Assembly: GCA_016788825.1 (NCBI GenBank) | Contig: JAEUSD010000001.1 | Location: 19,391 to 83,390, forward strand | Source of the DNA: Candidatus Doudnabacteria bacterium | GTDB taxonomy: Bacteria > Patescibacteriota > Dojkabacteria > J137 > JAEUSD01 | Direction: 5' to 3' | Length of the DNA: 64,000 bases | The notes under the pieces: generated by a model | Database searches by the model: none | Seen by the model: only the letters and a program-made list of their open reading frames with translations | What the model was told of the DNA's origin: nothing | Made by a program: the position numbers and the translations under genes | In this document: piece by piece, positions 10,551 through 20,652 of the stretch | How the letters are laid out: each line of letters starts with the position of its first letter | Position numbering within the stretch: the first letter of the stretch is position 1

Positions 10551-11194
10551 TTCATTTCAAACTCCCTTAATTCCTCTACTACTGGGTTGACTAGTTGATC
10601 AGTGATATCTGAAGGTTTTATGGTGCAAACAGAAAAAATCTGCTGCTCTATTCTTTGCATACCTCGCGCAAGTTGTTCGAACTTCTGGGGATCTTCTTGG
10701 GTATTTTTGTTCAAGGCAAACCGACTTCTCCCCTCTTGCATACGTTCTTCCAGTGAGGTTACCCCAAAAGGTGTGACACGGTGATCGCTGTACGCACAGA
10801 TCTTTTTTGCAGTATCAGAATGAACCGCATTCTCCAATGCCTTGGAAAAACCGATGGCACTCAATAAGTCCATTACACGTGTCGGCTGATTAAGTTCTCG
10901 CGCGATTTCGTGGGTAGCTACATGCTCATCGGTTCCGTACTTACCCACGAAATCGCGCTTCACCCCCTCCCAATATTCAAGTCCCTGAGGTTGGAGAAAA
11001 TCCGGAAAAAGGTCGAGTTTGAACTTCAAAATATTTCCCATGTCATGCAGCAAGCAGGCTGCAGTTATCTCCGAAACCTCACCCAAACCAGGAGTGTTCA
11101 GAGCTATTACTCTAGCCACTGCCGCAACTCTCAACATATGGAGCTGCAGACTTGGCATAATTTGATACTGTTCGTAAATGCTAGTAATGGTCAT
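10538..11194 (-). CDS. HD-domain phosphohydrolase
   Basis: 218 aa. H..HD motif (AACLLHDMGNILKF), consistent with the HD superfamily. Confidence 0.7.
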   Translation of the reverse strand: MTITSIYEQYQIMPSLQLHMLRVAAVARVIALNTPGLGEVSEITAACLLHDMGNILKFKLDLFPDFLQPQGLEYWEGVKRDFVGKYGTDEHVATHEIARELNQPTRVMDLLSAIGFSKALENAVHSDTAKKICAYSDHRVTPFGVTSLEERMQEGRSRFALNKNTQEDPQKFEQLARGMQRIEQQIFSVCTIKPSDITDQLVNPVVEELREFEMNQKS

Positions 11195-11235
11195 CTCTAA
11201 TTATACAGCTTGGTAGACAGTGCTAAAATCTGATT

Positions 11236-12948
11236 ATGTCAGATATTGAGGAAATAAAAAATCGCTTGGACATCGTAAGTATTGTGGGGGAGTATGTTCC
11301 CGACCTCAAACGTGCTGGACAGAGTTTCAAGGCACCATGCCCTTTTCACAAAGAGAAAACTCCCTCGTTTATAGTGACCCCAAGTATTCAACTGTTCAAA
11401 TGTTTCGGATGTGGCGAAGGCGGAGATGTGATCAAGTTTATTCAAAAGATAGAGAGGGTCGAGTTTGGAGAAGCTCTGCAGATTGCAGCCTCAAAAGCCG
11501 GCTACGAACTAAAGAATCAATCCAGTGGCAATAAGGCTTTCAAGGAGCAATCCAAAAGAGTATTGGAAATGAATAATTTGGCTTGTAGTTTTTGGGAATT
11601 TATCTTGCACAAGCATAATGCCGGGAAGCCAGGCAGAGACTATGCTACGAAGCGGAAACTGGCTGAACCCCAGCTTAAGCTGTTTCGCATTGGATACGCA
11701 CCAAAAGGGAACAACCTCTTAAAATTTCTACTCAGCAAAGGATTTAATCAAAATGAGTTGCTTACAAATGGTCTAGTGGTAGAACGAAACGGGCAGATAA
11801 TCGATAAGTTTAGGGATCGTCTGATGCTGCCAATTCTGAATGCCAAGGGGGATGTGCTGGGGTTTAGCGGGCGAATTGTCACACCTAACGAGTATGCCCC
11901 CAAATACCTCAATTCGCCCGAGACTGCAGTCTACAAGAAAGGAGAAATTCTGATGGGCTTGCATCAAGCTATACCTGCTATGCGCGAACACAAATTTGTG
12001 ATCCTTGAAGAGGGAAATATCGACCTACTCTCATCTCACCGAGTTAAAGTAGGAAATATCCTAGCTACTGGGGGAACCGCTCTTACACTTGAGCAGTGTA
12101 AGTTAATAAAACGCTACGTTGATATTGTTTACTTCTGTTTTGACTCAGATAATGCAGGGCTTAACGCGCTGATCAAAGGGATTGGACTTGCCGAGCAAGC
12201 AGGGCTAAAGCACAAAGCGTTGGATATTGGTCAACACCAAGACCCTGACGCCTTGATAAGTGCAGATCCTCAATCCTGGGAAAGAATAATTGCGCAACCA
12301 ATCAATAGTGTAGAACTGGTAATGAAGCGAATCGAAAAGGAGTATGATCTGGGAACCCCAGATGGGAAATCTGACTTGTTCGCGAGAATGATCCCAGTCC
12401 TTCAAAGCCTGAAGGATAAAGTCCAACTTGCCCACTTCGCAGAAGAACTGGCTGTAAAAGTGGGAGTGCAAGTTGACGATGTACACTCGGCAATCAAGGC
12501 GGGCGCTACGCGCCCGCCGCTCAGAACCAAAGCTTCTGAGTCAACAACCGTAAGTGTCAACGTGGCCCCACATTTCAACAACAAAGAGATCTACCTTCTG
12601 TCATTGTTGTTACAAGTTCCCAATCTTAAAGACCTCGATATCAGCCAAGAAGTATTTTCTGATCCTGCTTGCAAAGATATTTTGGTCCAAATGCAAAAAA
12701 CATCAGACTTTGCCACTATCTCGGCAAATATCTCAGATGCAGGTCGAGAAGCATTGCAGCAAGCACTTGCACTCGATGTTCTGAGTATCGAAGACCCGAA
12801 GGCTGAGGCCGCCAGGGTGTATAGAATGCTTTACACAACATCTATTCGAAAAGAAATTTTGAATTTGCGTCAGGCGCTCCATGAAAATCCTGACAACGAA
12901 GAATTACTTGCCAAGTTGCAGTACTACTCCAAAGAGCTTAGACTGTAA
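11236..12948 (+). CDS. dnaG: DNA primase
   Basis: 570 aa. N-terminal CHC2 zinc finger (CPFHKEKTPSFIVTP...FKCFGCGEGGDVIKF). A TOPRIM region is present (LEEGNIDLLSSH, CFDSDNAG). Confidence 0.9.
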   Translation: MSDIEEIKNRLDIVSIVGEYVPDLKRAGQSFKAPCPFHKEKTPSFIVTPSIQLFKCFGCGEGGDVIKFIQKIERVEFGEALQIAASKAGYELKNQSSGNKAFKEQSKRVLEMNNLACSFWEFILHKHNAGKPGRDYATKRKLAEPQLKLFRIGYAPKGNNLLKFLLSKGFNQNELLTNGLVVERNGQIIDKFRDRLMLPILNAKGDVLGFSGRIVTPNEYAPKYLNSPETAVYKKGEILMGLHQAIPAMREHKFVILEEGNIDLLSSHRVKVGNILATGGTALTLEQCKLIKRYVDIVYFCFDSDNAGLNALIKGIGLAEQAGLKHKALDIGQHQDPDALISADPQSWERIIAQPINSVELVMKRIEKEYDLGTPDGKSDLFARMIPVLQSLKDKVQLAHFAEELAVKVGVQVDDVHSAIKAGATRPPLRTKASESTTVSVNVAPHFNNKEIYLLSLLLQVPNLKDLDISQEVFSDPACKDILVQMQKTSDFATISANISDAGREALQQALALDVLSIEDPKAEAARVYRMLYTTSIRKEILNLRQALHENPDNEELLAKLQYYSKELRL

Positions 12949-12959
12949 CAGCAATAAAT

Positions 12960-13868
12960 TTGATCCACATACCCATGAGTAACTTTCGTCGCCAAGCAAC
13001 TAGATTTAGAACTATCATTTTGCTACTTCTGTTAGTAATTGCTGGCTTAGTAGTTTTTATCATCAGTAGGCAGAACAGAACTAGCCCAATTCCGGAGAGT
13101 AGTCTATTTACTGCCGGAGTACGAAACATTCGCCAAGAGATCACTGCAGAAGGCAACCTCAAGGGGGTAGATACTCGCCAAGTCCTAGCACCAGCCGGGG
13201 CGGAGATCACAGGAATCAACTACTCTGTAGGAAGTACGGTAAATAAAGCAGATGTGATAATGGCATTGTCTTTGAACGGTCGAACTGTAGAGCTAAAAGC
13301 CCCAATAACCGGAACACTGACTCGTACAGGACTCAAGGTGGGCGATATCTCTAGCGGAAGTACTGCATTTGAAATAGCGGATACGAGTTCCTACATTATT
13401 GAGCTGGCTGTGAATGAAGCAGATGTAGTTGCATTGATCCCTGCACAGCCAGCCGAGCTTGTTTTTCCCGCCTTATCCTTGGATGAGGTGTACTCCGCCG
13501 AGGTGGGAACGGTAGCTCTGGCCCCAAACACTAGCTCTGGCGCAGTCAGTTACTCTGTAACTATCAAGCCTTTGGAGCTCCCAGATAACTTCAAACTCGG
13601 GATGAGTGTAGATGTGACTATCATCAGCGCTCAAGTAGATGGGGCACTCGCAATCCCAGAGAACTATTTAATCGAAAAGAACGACGAGTTCTTCGTCAAA
13701 CACATTACTTGGAACGATGACAATAAGCTAACCTACACAGAGACTGAGCGTAAGGTGGAGATTGGGTTAAGGACAAATGAGTATGTTGAAATTACTTCTG
13801 GATTGGCGGAAGGAGATATCGTACTTGAACCTACAGCCAACGTTCAGAGAAGATTTGGATTCTTCTAA
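12960..13868 (+). CDS. HlyD-family periplasmic adaptor / membrane fusion protein (MacA/YknX-like)
   Basis: 302 aa. N-terminal TM anchor. The biotinyl/lipoyl-like hairpin region and beta-barrel domain pattern are typical of efflux adaptor subunits. It is followed by ABC ATPase and FtsX-type permease genes. Confidence 0.75.
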   Translation: MIHIPMSNFRRQATRFRTIILLLLLVIAGLVVFIISRQNRTSPIPESSLFTAGVRNIRQEITAEGNLKGVDTRQVLAPAGAEITGINYSVGSTVNKADVIMALSLNGRTVELKAPITGTLTRTGLKVGDISSGSTAFEIADTSSYIIELAVNEADVVALIPAQPAELVFPALSLDEVYSAEVGTVALAPNTSSGAVSYSVTIKPLELPDNFKLGMSVDVTIISAQVDGALAIPENYLIEKNDEFFVKHITWNDDNKLTYTETERKVEIGLRTNEYVEITSGLAEGDIVLEPTANVQRRFGFF

Positions 13869-13870
13869 AT

Positions 13871-14557
13871 ATGCCCAATGCCCTCATTTCTCTCCAAAAT
13901 ATTACGAAGGTATACAACAGAGATGCGGACAATGAGTATCGCGCACTCAAAGGGGTAGATCTTACTATTGATGAAGGAGAATTTGTAGCAATTATGGGGC
14001 CGTCGGGCTCTGGTAAAACCACTTTGATGAATATTCTAGGGGCTCTCGATACACCTACTTCCGGGAAGTATCTGCTTAGGGGGCAAAATGTGGGAGACTT
14101 ACACCCCAATGAACTTGCCGAGTTTCGGAATAAACAGGTGGGATTTGTATTTCAACAGTTCAATCTGCTTCCAAGATTTAATGTTTTGGACAATGTGCTC
14201 TTGCCTACTATCTACGGCCAGGTCTCTGATGCTGAAGAGAAGGCGAAATTGGTTTTGGCCAAAGTGGGTTTGGAACACAAGATGAATAGTCGTCCGAACC
14301 AGCTTTCTGGTGGGCAAGTTCAGCGAGTTGCTATTGCCAGAGCGCTTATCATGTCTCCGGCCATCATAATGGCCGATGAACCAACGGGGAACTTGGACAG
14401 CAAAACCGCTACAGAAATTATGGCATTGTTTGAACAGTTAAATTTTGAAGGTAATACTATCATCCTAGTTACCCATGATGAAGAGGTTGCAGACTATGCG
14501 AAACGGACGATCAAGGTAAGGGATGGGGAAGTTATCAATTCACGTAAACAAAAATGA
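13871..14557 (+). CDS. ABC transporter ATP-binding protein (MacB/LolD family)
   Basis: 228 aa. Walker A GPSGSGKTT, signature LSGGQVQRVAIARAL, Walker B IIMADEPTGNLD. Confidence 0.92.
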   Translation: MPNALISLQNITKVYNRDADNEYRALKGVDLTIDEGEFVAIMGPSGSGKTTLMNILGALDTPTSGKYLLRGQNVGDLHPNELAEFRNKQVGFVFQQFNLLPRFNVLDNVLLPTIYGQVSDAEEKAKLVLAKVGLEHKMNSRPNQLSGGQVQRVAIARALIMSPAIIMADEPTGNLDSKTATEIMALFEQLNFEGNTIILVTHDEEVADYAKRTIKVRDGEVINSRKQK

Positions 14558-15771
14558 GCATTCGAGAATTAGTCAAAATTTCATGGTTTTCTATTCGCGC
14601 AAACAAAGTGCGCGCCGTGCTCACCACTTTGGGGATCGTAATCGGTATTGGAGCTGTAATTGCAATGTTGTCTGTCGGTCAAGGCGCGCAGCAAGTAATT
14701 CTTGAACAAGTTGAGGGATTGGGGGCCAATACTGTTTCCATCATTCCGGTGGCAAATTTCCGTGGCCCCCAATCCCGGTCTACATTTCAGCAGCTCTTGG
14801 TGAATAGGCTAGATAAGAGGTTGCTGGAGACTTTTGCGAATGAAGTACGGTTTCCGGAAGTGGAACAGATCGGGGCCGAGCTTAGCAATAGCTACGAGGT
14901 GAGTTATCGGTCCGAGGCCGCTTTTCTGACTGTTTATGGTGTCTCTGCATCGCTTTTCGATATTAGAGAGGCCGAGCTGGACAGAGGACAGCTGTTCGAT
15001 GCAAACGATGAGGCACGTCAAGCTAAGGTGGCTGTATTGGGGAGTCAAGCTGCTCAACGGTTATTCAACCTGGATGACCCAATCGGGAAGGTGATCAATA
15101 TCAATGGGATTAAGTTTACGGTGGTTGCGATTCTAAAGCCAAAGAGTGCTGGGGTAGATAATCGTGTGGATATTCCGCTTACCGCGATGAGCTCGTACCT
15201 TACTGGTTCGCGTGATGTATCGCAAATCGTTCTTCGTGCCAAAGATGAGAGTGTAGTGGATACTTTGGCGACGAAGGTCGAAGATGAGTTAAGGGATTTC
15301 TACCATGTGGCAGAAGGTAAACAGGGGGATTTTACGGTTTTTACCTCACAAGATATTCAGGAATTAGCCTCTACTGTGACCAGTATCTTCACAACCCTAC
15401 TCGCAAGTATTGCCGGTATCTCGTTGATTGTCGGAGGAATTGGGATTATGAATATTATGTTGGTTTCTGTGACTGAACGTACAAAAGAGATCGGTCTTCG
15501 CAAGGCTGTAGGCGCCAAGCAAAGCGCTATCTTGGGGCAGTTCCTAATGGAATCGGTCCTCCTGACCTTGATTGGGGGGATTATTGGGATTGTGCTTGGT
15601 GTCGGACTTGGACTCCTTGTCGGCGCGGTAGGCGGGTTTACAATCATTATCTCTTTGCAATCTATCGCATTAGCCACATCCGTGTCTGTGGCCATCGGCC
15701 TTGTATTTGGCTTCTACCCCGCCTACCGCGCCGCCCAACTCAACCCGATCGAGGCGTTGAGATATGAGTAA
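14554..15771 (+). CDS. ABC transporter permease, FtsX/MacB type
   Basis: 405 aa. N-terminal TM (MacB_PCD-like), a large extracytoplasmic domain, and a C-terminal FtsX-type four-TM bundle. A 4-bp overlap with the upstream ATPase indicates translational coupling. Confidence 0.85.
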   Translation: MSIRELVKISWFSIRANKVRAVLTTLGIVIGIGAVIAMLSVGQGAQQVILEQVEGLGANTVSIIPVANFRGPQSRSTFQQLLVNRLDKRLLETFANEVRFPEVEQIGAELSNSYEVSYRSEAAFLTVYGVSASLFDIREAELDRGQLFDANDEARQAKVAVLGSQAAQRLFNLDDPIGKVININGIKFTVVAILKPKSAGVDNRVDIPLTAMSSYLTGSRDVSQIVLRAKDESVVDTLATKVEDELRDFYHVAEGKQGDFTVFTSQDIQELASTVTSIFTTLLASIAGISLIVGGIGIMNIMLVSVTERTKEIGLRKAVGAKQSAILGQFLMESVLLTLIGGIIGIVLGVGLGLLVGAVGGFTIIISLQSIALATSVSVAIGLVFGFYPAYRAAQLNPIEALRYE

Positions 15772-15807
15772 ACCCTTATGCTATCCTAATGTAACTATGT
15801 TTCTAGT

Positions 15808-16251
15808 ATGAATACTTCTAACCCTATCTGGCAACAATTTGATTTGGAGAATAACCTCCTGAAAGAGTATCAGTATTGGATGCTTCTAGTCCGCAAGAAG
15901 AATGTGAAGTTAGGAACATGTGTCGCTATTTTAAAGCGTGATGCCTTCCCTCTATCAGAAGCCACCTCAGAAGAAATGGCAGAATACGCACTGGTTGCAA
16001 GAGAAGTCGAAACAGCCTTAAAAAGTGCTTTCAAACCTCACTTAGTTCAACATCTAGCACTTATGTTCAAGGATAAACAAGTTCACTTCCACATTATCCC
16101 CAGGTATACAGAGGTCATTGAATTTGCAGGCCTACGTTGGGAAGATGATAATGTTCCTGATCCCTTATCCCAAAAGGGTGGGGAAGTAACCCAAGAGGTG
16201 CTAGAACAGATTAGGCAAGAACTCAAAAAGCACTTACGACAAGTCGTTTGA
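15808..16251 (+). CDS. HIT-like domain protein (degenerate histidine triad)
   Basis: 147 aa. Motif KQVHFHIIPR resembles the HIT signature H-phi-H-phi-H-phi-phi with the first His replaced. Assignment is tentative. Confidence 0.45.
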   Translation: MNTSNPIWQQFDLENNLLKEYQYWMLLVRKKNVKLGTCVAILKRDAFPLSEATSEEMAEYALVAREVETALKSAFKPHLVQHLALMFKDKQVHFHIIPRYTEVIEFAGLRWEDDNVPDPLSQKGGEVTQEVLEQIRQELKKHLRQVV

Positions 16252-16974
16252 TCCCAAGTAGTGTTTCAGCGTGAATTTCAAATTTGGATCTAGGTCTGTT
16301 TGTTTGCTGAGCCAGATTAGATAGTCAGGCTCAGATTTGGCTACTTCTTCCCAGGTCTTACCTTTGTGTTTTCCAAACTTTACATGTCTTAGCAAGATCG
16401 GTTTAGTTGCTAGATCTTGCATGTGTTGTAAGATGATTTCCTCCTCTGTTGTGTCGAGTTGTTCAGAAACCACAGCATACAGTTTGCGAAAGAGTTTTTC
16501 CAAGATTATTACATCTCCTTCTGCATCGTGGGCTGTTACCCCAGGCTCATCCAAATCAAGCGCATAGCGCAGGTATTGTAGACTTCGACTTTGTAGTGGC
16601 TCTTCGTTCATATCTTTTTCTAGATACTTGTGAGCTACTTTGAAAGTGCAAATATATTTGGGTGTTTCTATCCCTTCGTTGCGCAGTATTCCGATATCAA
16701 ACTCTGCGTTGTGAGCGACAAGGATGTTGTTTTTAAGTAGCTCAGGAAGCTTTGTATATTCTTCATGATCAGCAAATGCTGGCTTGCCTTCAAGCATTCG
16801 GGGGTGGATATGGTGGACAGACATTGCAAAGAATGAGATTGGGACAGGCGGCTGGTACAGCTGGTTTACCATCTCCCCTCCGTCGAGTTTGTACGCCAGC
16901 TGTACCAGCCGGTCTCCCGGAAAGGCATTACCCGCAGTTTCAGTATCTAAGAATATTACGTTCACGAGATACAT
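16234..16974 (-). CDS. DnaQ-like (DEDDh) 3'-5' exonuclease with a C-terminal DUF3820-like domain (exonuclease X-like)
   Basis: 246 aa. Exo I motif FLDTETAG, Exo II HNAEFDIGIL, Exo III H..D (AHDAEGD). C-terminal KFGKHKGKTWEEVAKSEPDYLIWL matches the DUF3820-type tail seen on ExoX-like enzymes. Confidence 0.75.
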   Translation of the reverse strand: MYLVNVIFLDTETAGNAFPGDRLVQLAYKLDGGEMVNQLYQPPVPISFFAMSVHHIHPRMLEGKPAFADHEEYTKLPELLKNNILVAHNAEFDIGILRNEGIETPKYICTFKVAHKYLEKDMNEEPLQSRSLQYLRYALDLDEPGVTAHDAEGDVIILEKLFRKLYAVVSEQLDTTEEEIILQHMQDLATKPILLRHVKFGKHKGKTWEEVAKSEPDYLIWLSKQTDLDPNLKFTLKHYLGSNDLS

Positions 16975-17028
16975 TCTACCAAATTAAGCTAACGAAAGGC
17001 CTTTTTGCTGAACAGTGGGTAAAAATAT

Positions 17029-18795
17029 TTACTGTCGTGGATTGCCGGTGACGGTCACTTTGTTGTTTGTAAGGTTCGGATCTGTGATGCTAGCGTCTTG
17101 TGTAAGCTCCGATGTAATTGTGATTGAGTTAGTGGATGAGTTTGTCACAAAACTCATCCCAGCCGTCGCCGTGCTAGCTGCAGCAAGATCAGCACTAAAG
17201 ATACAAACTATTTGCCTGGCCGTACTTTGGCTGCAGGTTGCCTGGCCTGATGAAGACGGCCTTATGGAAACGTCCACACTAAAGTTCGTAGTTACCTTGA
17301 TAGCCTTGCTTACACCGGGTCCTGCATTTCGTACATTTACGATCCATTGAGTAGGATTTGTGGCACTTGTTTGTGGAACAAGCCTGGTTGAAGTAACAGT
17401 CAAATCGGCTATATTATCCGTATTTGGTAAGTCTACATATTCATTTGTGAAGGTGATTTTTCCTAGTTTAAAATCCCCTCCCGCTACTTCGGAATCCCTA
17501 AATACTATGTTATCCGCAGCATCCACAAATGCAAGGAATATATCGCGATTGCGAGCAAAAAACTCCCGTACCTCTCCCGTATTGGCCAGACGACTGAGCG
17601 GGAGAGTGACCCCAGCTTCAAATCCGATTATGAAGTAGACGCTGTCAAGCGGTCCTGGGTTTAATTGGGCCAAACCACCGACACCGTTGAAATAGGCACT
17701 TAGGTCAAACTCCTTGGTACTTGCATTGTTGGGATTCAAGAGAAAGGCACGTCTATTGTAAATGTACCCCCACCCAGAAACAATTGCACCAATTTGATTA
17801 TTTTTACCAATTATAGGTCTGAGCAAGAGGTCTTCCCTCTCCTCAGGCTTACCTAACGCCACTGCACTCAATTGCACATCTACAGTTGTCTTAGTCGGTA
17901 GGTATCCCCTCACATACGGAGTTGCATCTGGGGCAGAATAGAAAAGCGCTGCTGAGTCAAAAGGAGTGAAAGTGAACTGGAATGCATAGATGGCATTTTG
18001 AGCATTTATTAAGTCTTGGAAGTTGATCACCGTTTCCCCCACCCTACCATTTGTCAGACGCTTCACCGTTCCGTACAAACTATTCGCAGGCAATGCCGCT
18101 CCCTGAGCCCCTCTTGCTATACTGCTAACTATGTATATCCCCCCACGATAGTCTTTCACCAGATTAAACGAACGTGCATGATTCTGTGCCTGGTCATAGC
18201 CTGTAGGGGCACCTACATTGATTTTGGCAAATGATTGTACGGCACCTGTTGTAATAGTTACTTTGTGGACTTCCAATTGAGTAAACGTAGTATCGGTAAA
18301 ACTTGTAAGATATATTGTGTTATTCAATTCGTCTATTAAAATCGGCCTGGAATTGTTTGTAGAATCGGTTAGAAATCGCTTACCATTCCCTACCGGCAAT
18401 GAGGTGGTAGTTTCTTGTCCCAATGGAAGCTTAGCAATGGCATGCTCAAAGTAAATATTCCCGTCAAAATAGATAGAGTTGCTTTCAAGCACGTAAATGG
18501 AATTGTTCATTTGAAAGATCCGCACAGGATAATAGCTATCCGAATACCTACGAGAAGCGATATCTTCTGTAATTATGTATTTACGGCAACGGTTGGTAGT
18601 AAATACATAGCCATCGGGGCATGGGTCTGAACGGACAGGAACTGCTACGGCCGCTTTTGGGGTGAGTGCTGCCACACTGACATCTTGCTCTGGAGCCGCT
18701 GGCACTGTGAGGGTTTGGATTACAAGTGCTGTCACCACAAACAGAGCCAACAACAATACAAACACGACTCCTGGGCTAAAATTCCTAGTGCGCAT
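17029..18795 (-). CDS. secreted/surface protein with a C-terminal DUF11 (conserved repeat) domain
   Basis: 588 aa. N-terminal signal/anchor (VVFVLLLALFVVTALVIQTL). The C-terminal ~110 aa resemble the DUF11/TIGR01451 repeat (WIVNVRNAGPGVSKAIKVTTNFSVD...LTNNKVTVT). Confidence 0.65.
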   Translation of the reverse strand: MRTRNFSPGVVFVLLLALFVVTALVIQTLTVPAAPEQDVSVAALTPKAAVAVPVRSDPCPDGYVFTTNRCRKYIITEDIASRRYSDSYYPVRIFQMNNSIYVLESNSIYFDGNIYFEHAIAKLPLGQETTTSLPVGNGKRFLTDSTNNSRPILIDELNNTIYLTSFTDTTFTQLEVHKVTITTGAVQSFAKINVGAPTGYDQAQNHARSFNLVKDYRGGIYIVSSIARGAQGAALPANSLYGTVKRLTNGRVGETVINFQDLINAQNAIYAFQFTFTPFDSAALFYSAPDATPYVRGYLPTKTTVDVQLSAVALGKPEEREDLLLRPIIGKNNQIGAIVSGWGYIYNRRAFLLNPNNASTKEFDLSAYFNGVGGLAQLNPGPLDSVYFIIGFEAGVTLPLSRLANTGEVREFFARNRDIFLAFVDAADNIVFRDSEVAGGDFKLGKITFTNEYVDLPNTDNIADLTVTSTRLVPQTSATNPTQWIVNVRNAGPGVSKAIKVTTNFSVDVSIRPSSSGQATCSQSTARQIVCIFSADLAAASTATAGMSFVTNSSTNSITITSELTQDASITDPNLTNNKVTVTGNPRQ

Positions 18796-18840
18796 AACGG
18801 ATATAGATATGTACTACTGTAAGGGAAGAAAGGTGCGAAG

Positions 18841-19605
18841 TCAATTCGGGGCCTTGGGGTGCAACTTCAAGTCCATCTTTGTCAAAAATTCCAAGGCCAC
18901 CTCTTTAGTCAACTGAAATACCTCTGCCTTGCTGTAGCTTTTTTGGCGTTGAGCAAATTCGACTTTGGCGGCAGCGCCGTGGGCGCTGCCGTAGTCTGCC
19001 TTTTTGTACTGCATGTAAATCATTTCTACAAATTCGTGCATCAGAATATAGGGTCGTTCAGACTCTTGGACCTGATCTTCGATCCAGATCTCGCCTTTGG
19101 GTATCCAAGGATAGACGTATCCATGTCCGCCTTCGATGAACTCTGTACGGTAATGGTTACGAACCTCTTCTCCGTTTACGATCCAAACTGTCACATCTTC
19201 GCCGAAAAATTCACCATATTTGTGGAGGCGGATCTCGGGCGCCACGTCAGATCCATCAGCTGTTTCATCGTAAATGTCGCCCGACAATTGCCACCGCAGC
19301 TTTTGTTCTAATGCCAAGGAAGTATCGTATGCTTTTTCCCAAGGGGTTCCTGCTTTCATGAGTCTGGCATAGGCCAATGCGTGGTGGATATAGCATTGCC
19401 TGTCGATTTCCGTTGCCTTCTGATTTATCCAAATCTCTCTTTCGGGGATGAAATCAAAATCATAGTGGCTACCGAAGCCGCCGAATTCTTCGGCGGTTTC
19501 ACTGCTGTTGCGTACCACTAAGTCGTCAACCAGATAGACTTTATAATCACCATAGGTATCAAGTAATTGTTTGGAGGTCTCTGACATTTTATACGTTACT
19601 TTCAC
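18841..19605 (-). CDS. hypothetical protein with an internal tandem domain duplication
   Basis: 254 aa. Two ~85-aa halves align. Shared pattern: V.V(D/N)...VRN.......GG.G....(F/W)IP...EIWI.......R..YI..H(H/E). No known family recognised. Coupled to the upstream GNAT gene. Confidence 0.6.
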   Translation of the reverse strand: MKVTYKMSETSKQLLDTYGDYKVYLVDDLVVRNSSETAEEFGGFGSHYDFDFIPEREIWINQKATEIDRQCYIHHALAYARLMKAGTPWEKAYDTSLALEQKLRWQLSGDIYDETADGSDVAPEIRLHKYGEFFGEDVTVWIVNGEEVRNHYRTEFIEGGHGYVYPWIPKGEIWIEDQVQESERPYILMHEFVEMIYMQYKKADYGSAHGAAAKVEFAQRQKSYSKAEVFQLTKEVALEFLTKMDLKLHPKAPN

Positions 19606-20155
19606 CGATAAAGAATACTTCTACTGACTGGAGTACCTTGGCGAATTTATCTCGAGAGTTTATAGGGGCAATCATACCCGAATCATCTTCGTGCACTTGG
19701 CCAGATTTACCAACAAAGGAATAGTTCCTGCCCAGAGGTTGGAATCCAAACTTTGCAAACATTCCCCCCAACTTATCAATATCGGTATTGAGAAATGCTA
19801 TGTCCGCACCCCACTCCTGCGCAATTTTCAACCTTTCCTCAATTAATTTGCGGCCCACTCCTTCTCCTCTGTGCTCCTTAGCTACAGTCAAACCTCCTAG
19901 CCCTGCTATTTTTAACTTTTCACCTTGAAATTCAACTTCTTTCTTGAAGAATGTTGCCACACCGACCAATTCATCTCCTAAATATGCAAGAACGTAAGTG
20001 TCGGGATCTTTCCAAAACCATTCCTTTATTTCCTCTGCCCAATCTGGATCTCCCGCCTCCTCAATGTCGAAGTTTCTATCTCCAAAGTTTTTACGTACTA
20101 TTTCTAGTTCGGGAGATAACTCGGAGAAGGTTTGAATTTGGATTTTTTCAGGCAT
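19589..20155 (-). CDS. GNAT-family N-acetyltransferase
   Basis: 188 aa. Acetyl-CoA binding motif A region (AKEHRGEGVGRKLIEERL) and the typical GNAT beta-alpha topology. Confidence 0.8.
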   Translation of the reverse strand: MPEKIQIQTFSELSPELEIVRKNFGDRNFDIEEAGDPDWAEEIKEWFWKDPDTYVLAYLGDELVGVATFFKKEVEFQGEKLKIAGLGGLTVAKEHRGEGVGRKLIEERLKIAQEWGADIAFLNTDIDKLGGMFAKFGFQPLGRNYSFVGKSGQVHEDDSGMIAPINSRDKFAKVLQSVEVFFIGESNV

Positions 20156-20163
20156 TCGCCATT

Positions 20164-20637
20164 CTACACCGCAAAGCTGAAGAAGTCTTCGGGTAGTTGG
20201 AGTCCGAAGGGAAGCACAGGCGCTGGGCCTTTGAGGTAGGTCGCCAAATCATGAGACTCGCGACGAAGTTTCTCTTCATAACCTAAAACTAGTAGGGTAT
20301 TGCCGCTTGCGGCCCCGAGTTCACGTTCAATATTCATATCTTTGTAAACCCGCACATCGGCCAAAGGCCCAGAACGATCATCAACGAAGTTCCCATTAAA
20401 TTTCCACATATCCAGCATCTTACTACCTTCAAAATTCCAGATGAAAGAGATAGCATAGTTCATATCGGCGAAGTATTTAGGGTCGGACTTTATTAGCTTA
20501 CGGACATGTCGCTCTAGATCTTGTTGTTGAAAACCTTTGTAAGAATCGACTGCATCCCTATCTGGGTAAACGATTACTTGCTTACCGTCAATGAATAAGT
20601 CAATTGAATTGTAGAAGCTGTAGTTGGATATTGTCAT
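20164..20637 (-). CDS. hypothetical protein
   Basis: 157 aa ORF with coding-like composition. It lies 8 bp upstream of the GNAT gene on the same strand. No recognisable motif. Confidence 0.55.
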   Translation of the reverse strand: MTISNYSFYNSIDLFIDGKQVIVYPDRDAVDSYKGFQQQDLERHVRKLIKSDPKYFADMNYAISFIWNFEGSKMLDMWKFNGNFVDDRSGPLADVRVYKDMNIERELGAASGNTLLVLGYEEKLRRESHDLATYLKGPAPVLPFGLQLPEDFFSFAV

Positions 20638-20652
20638 AATAATGAATTTAAT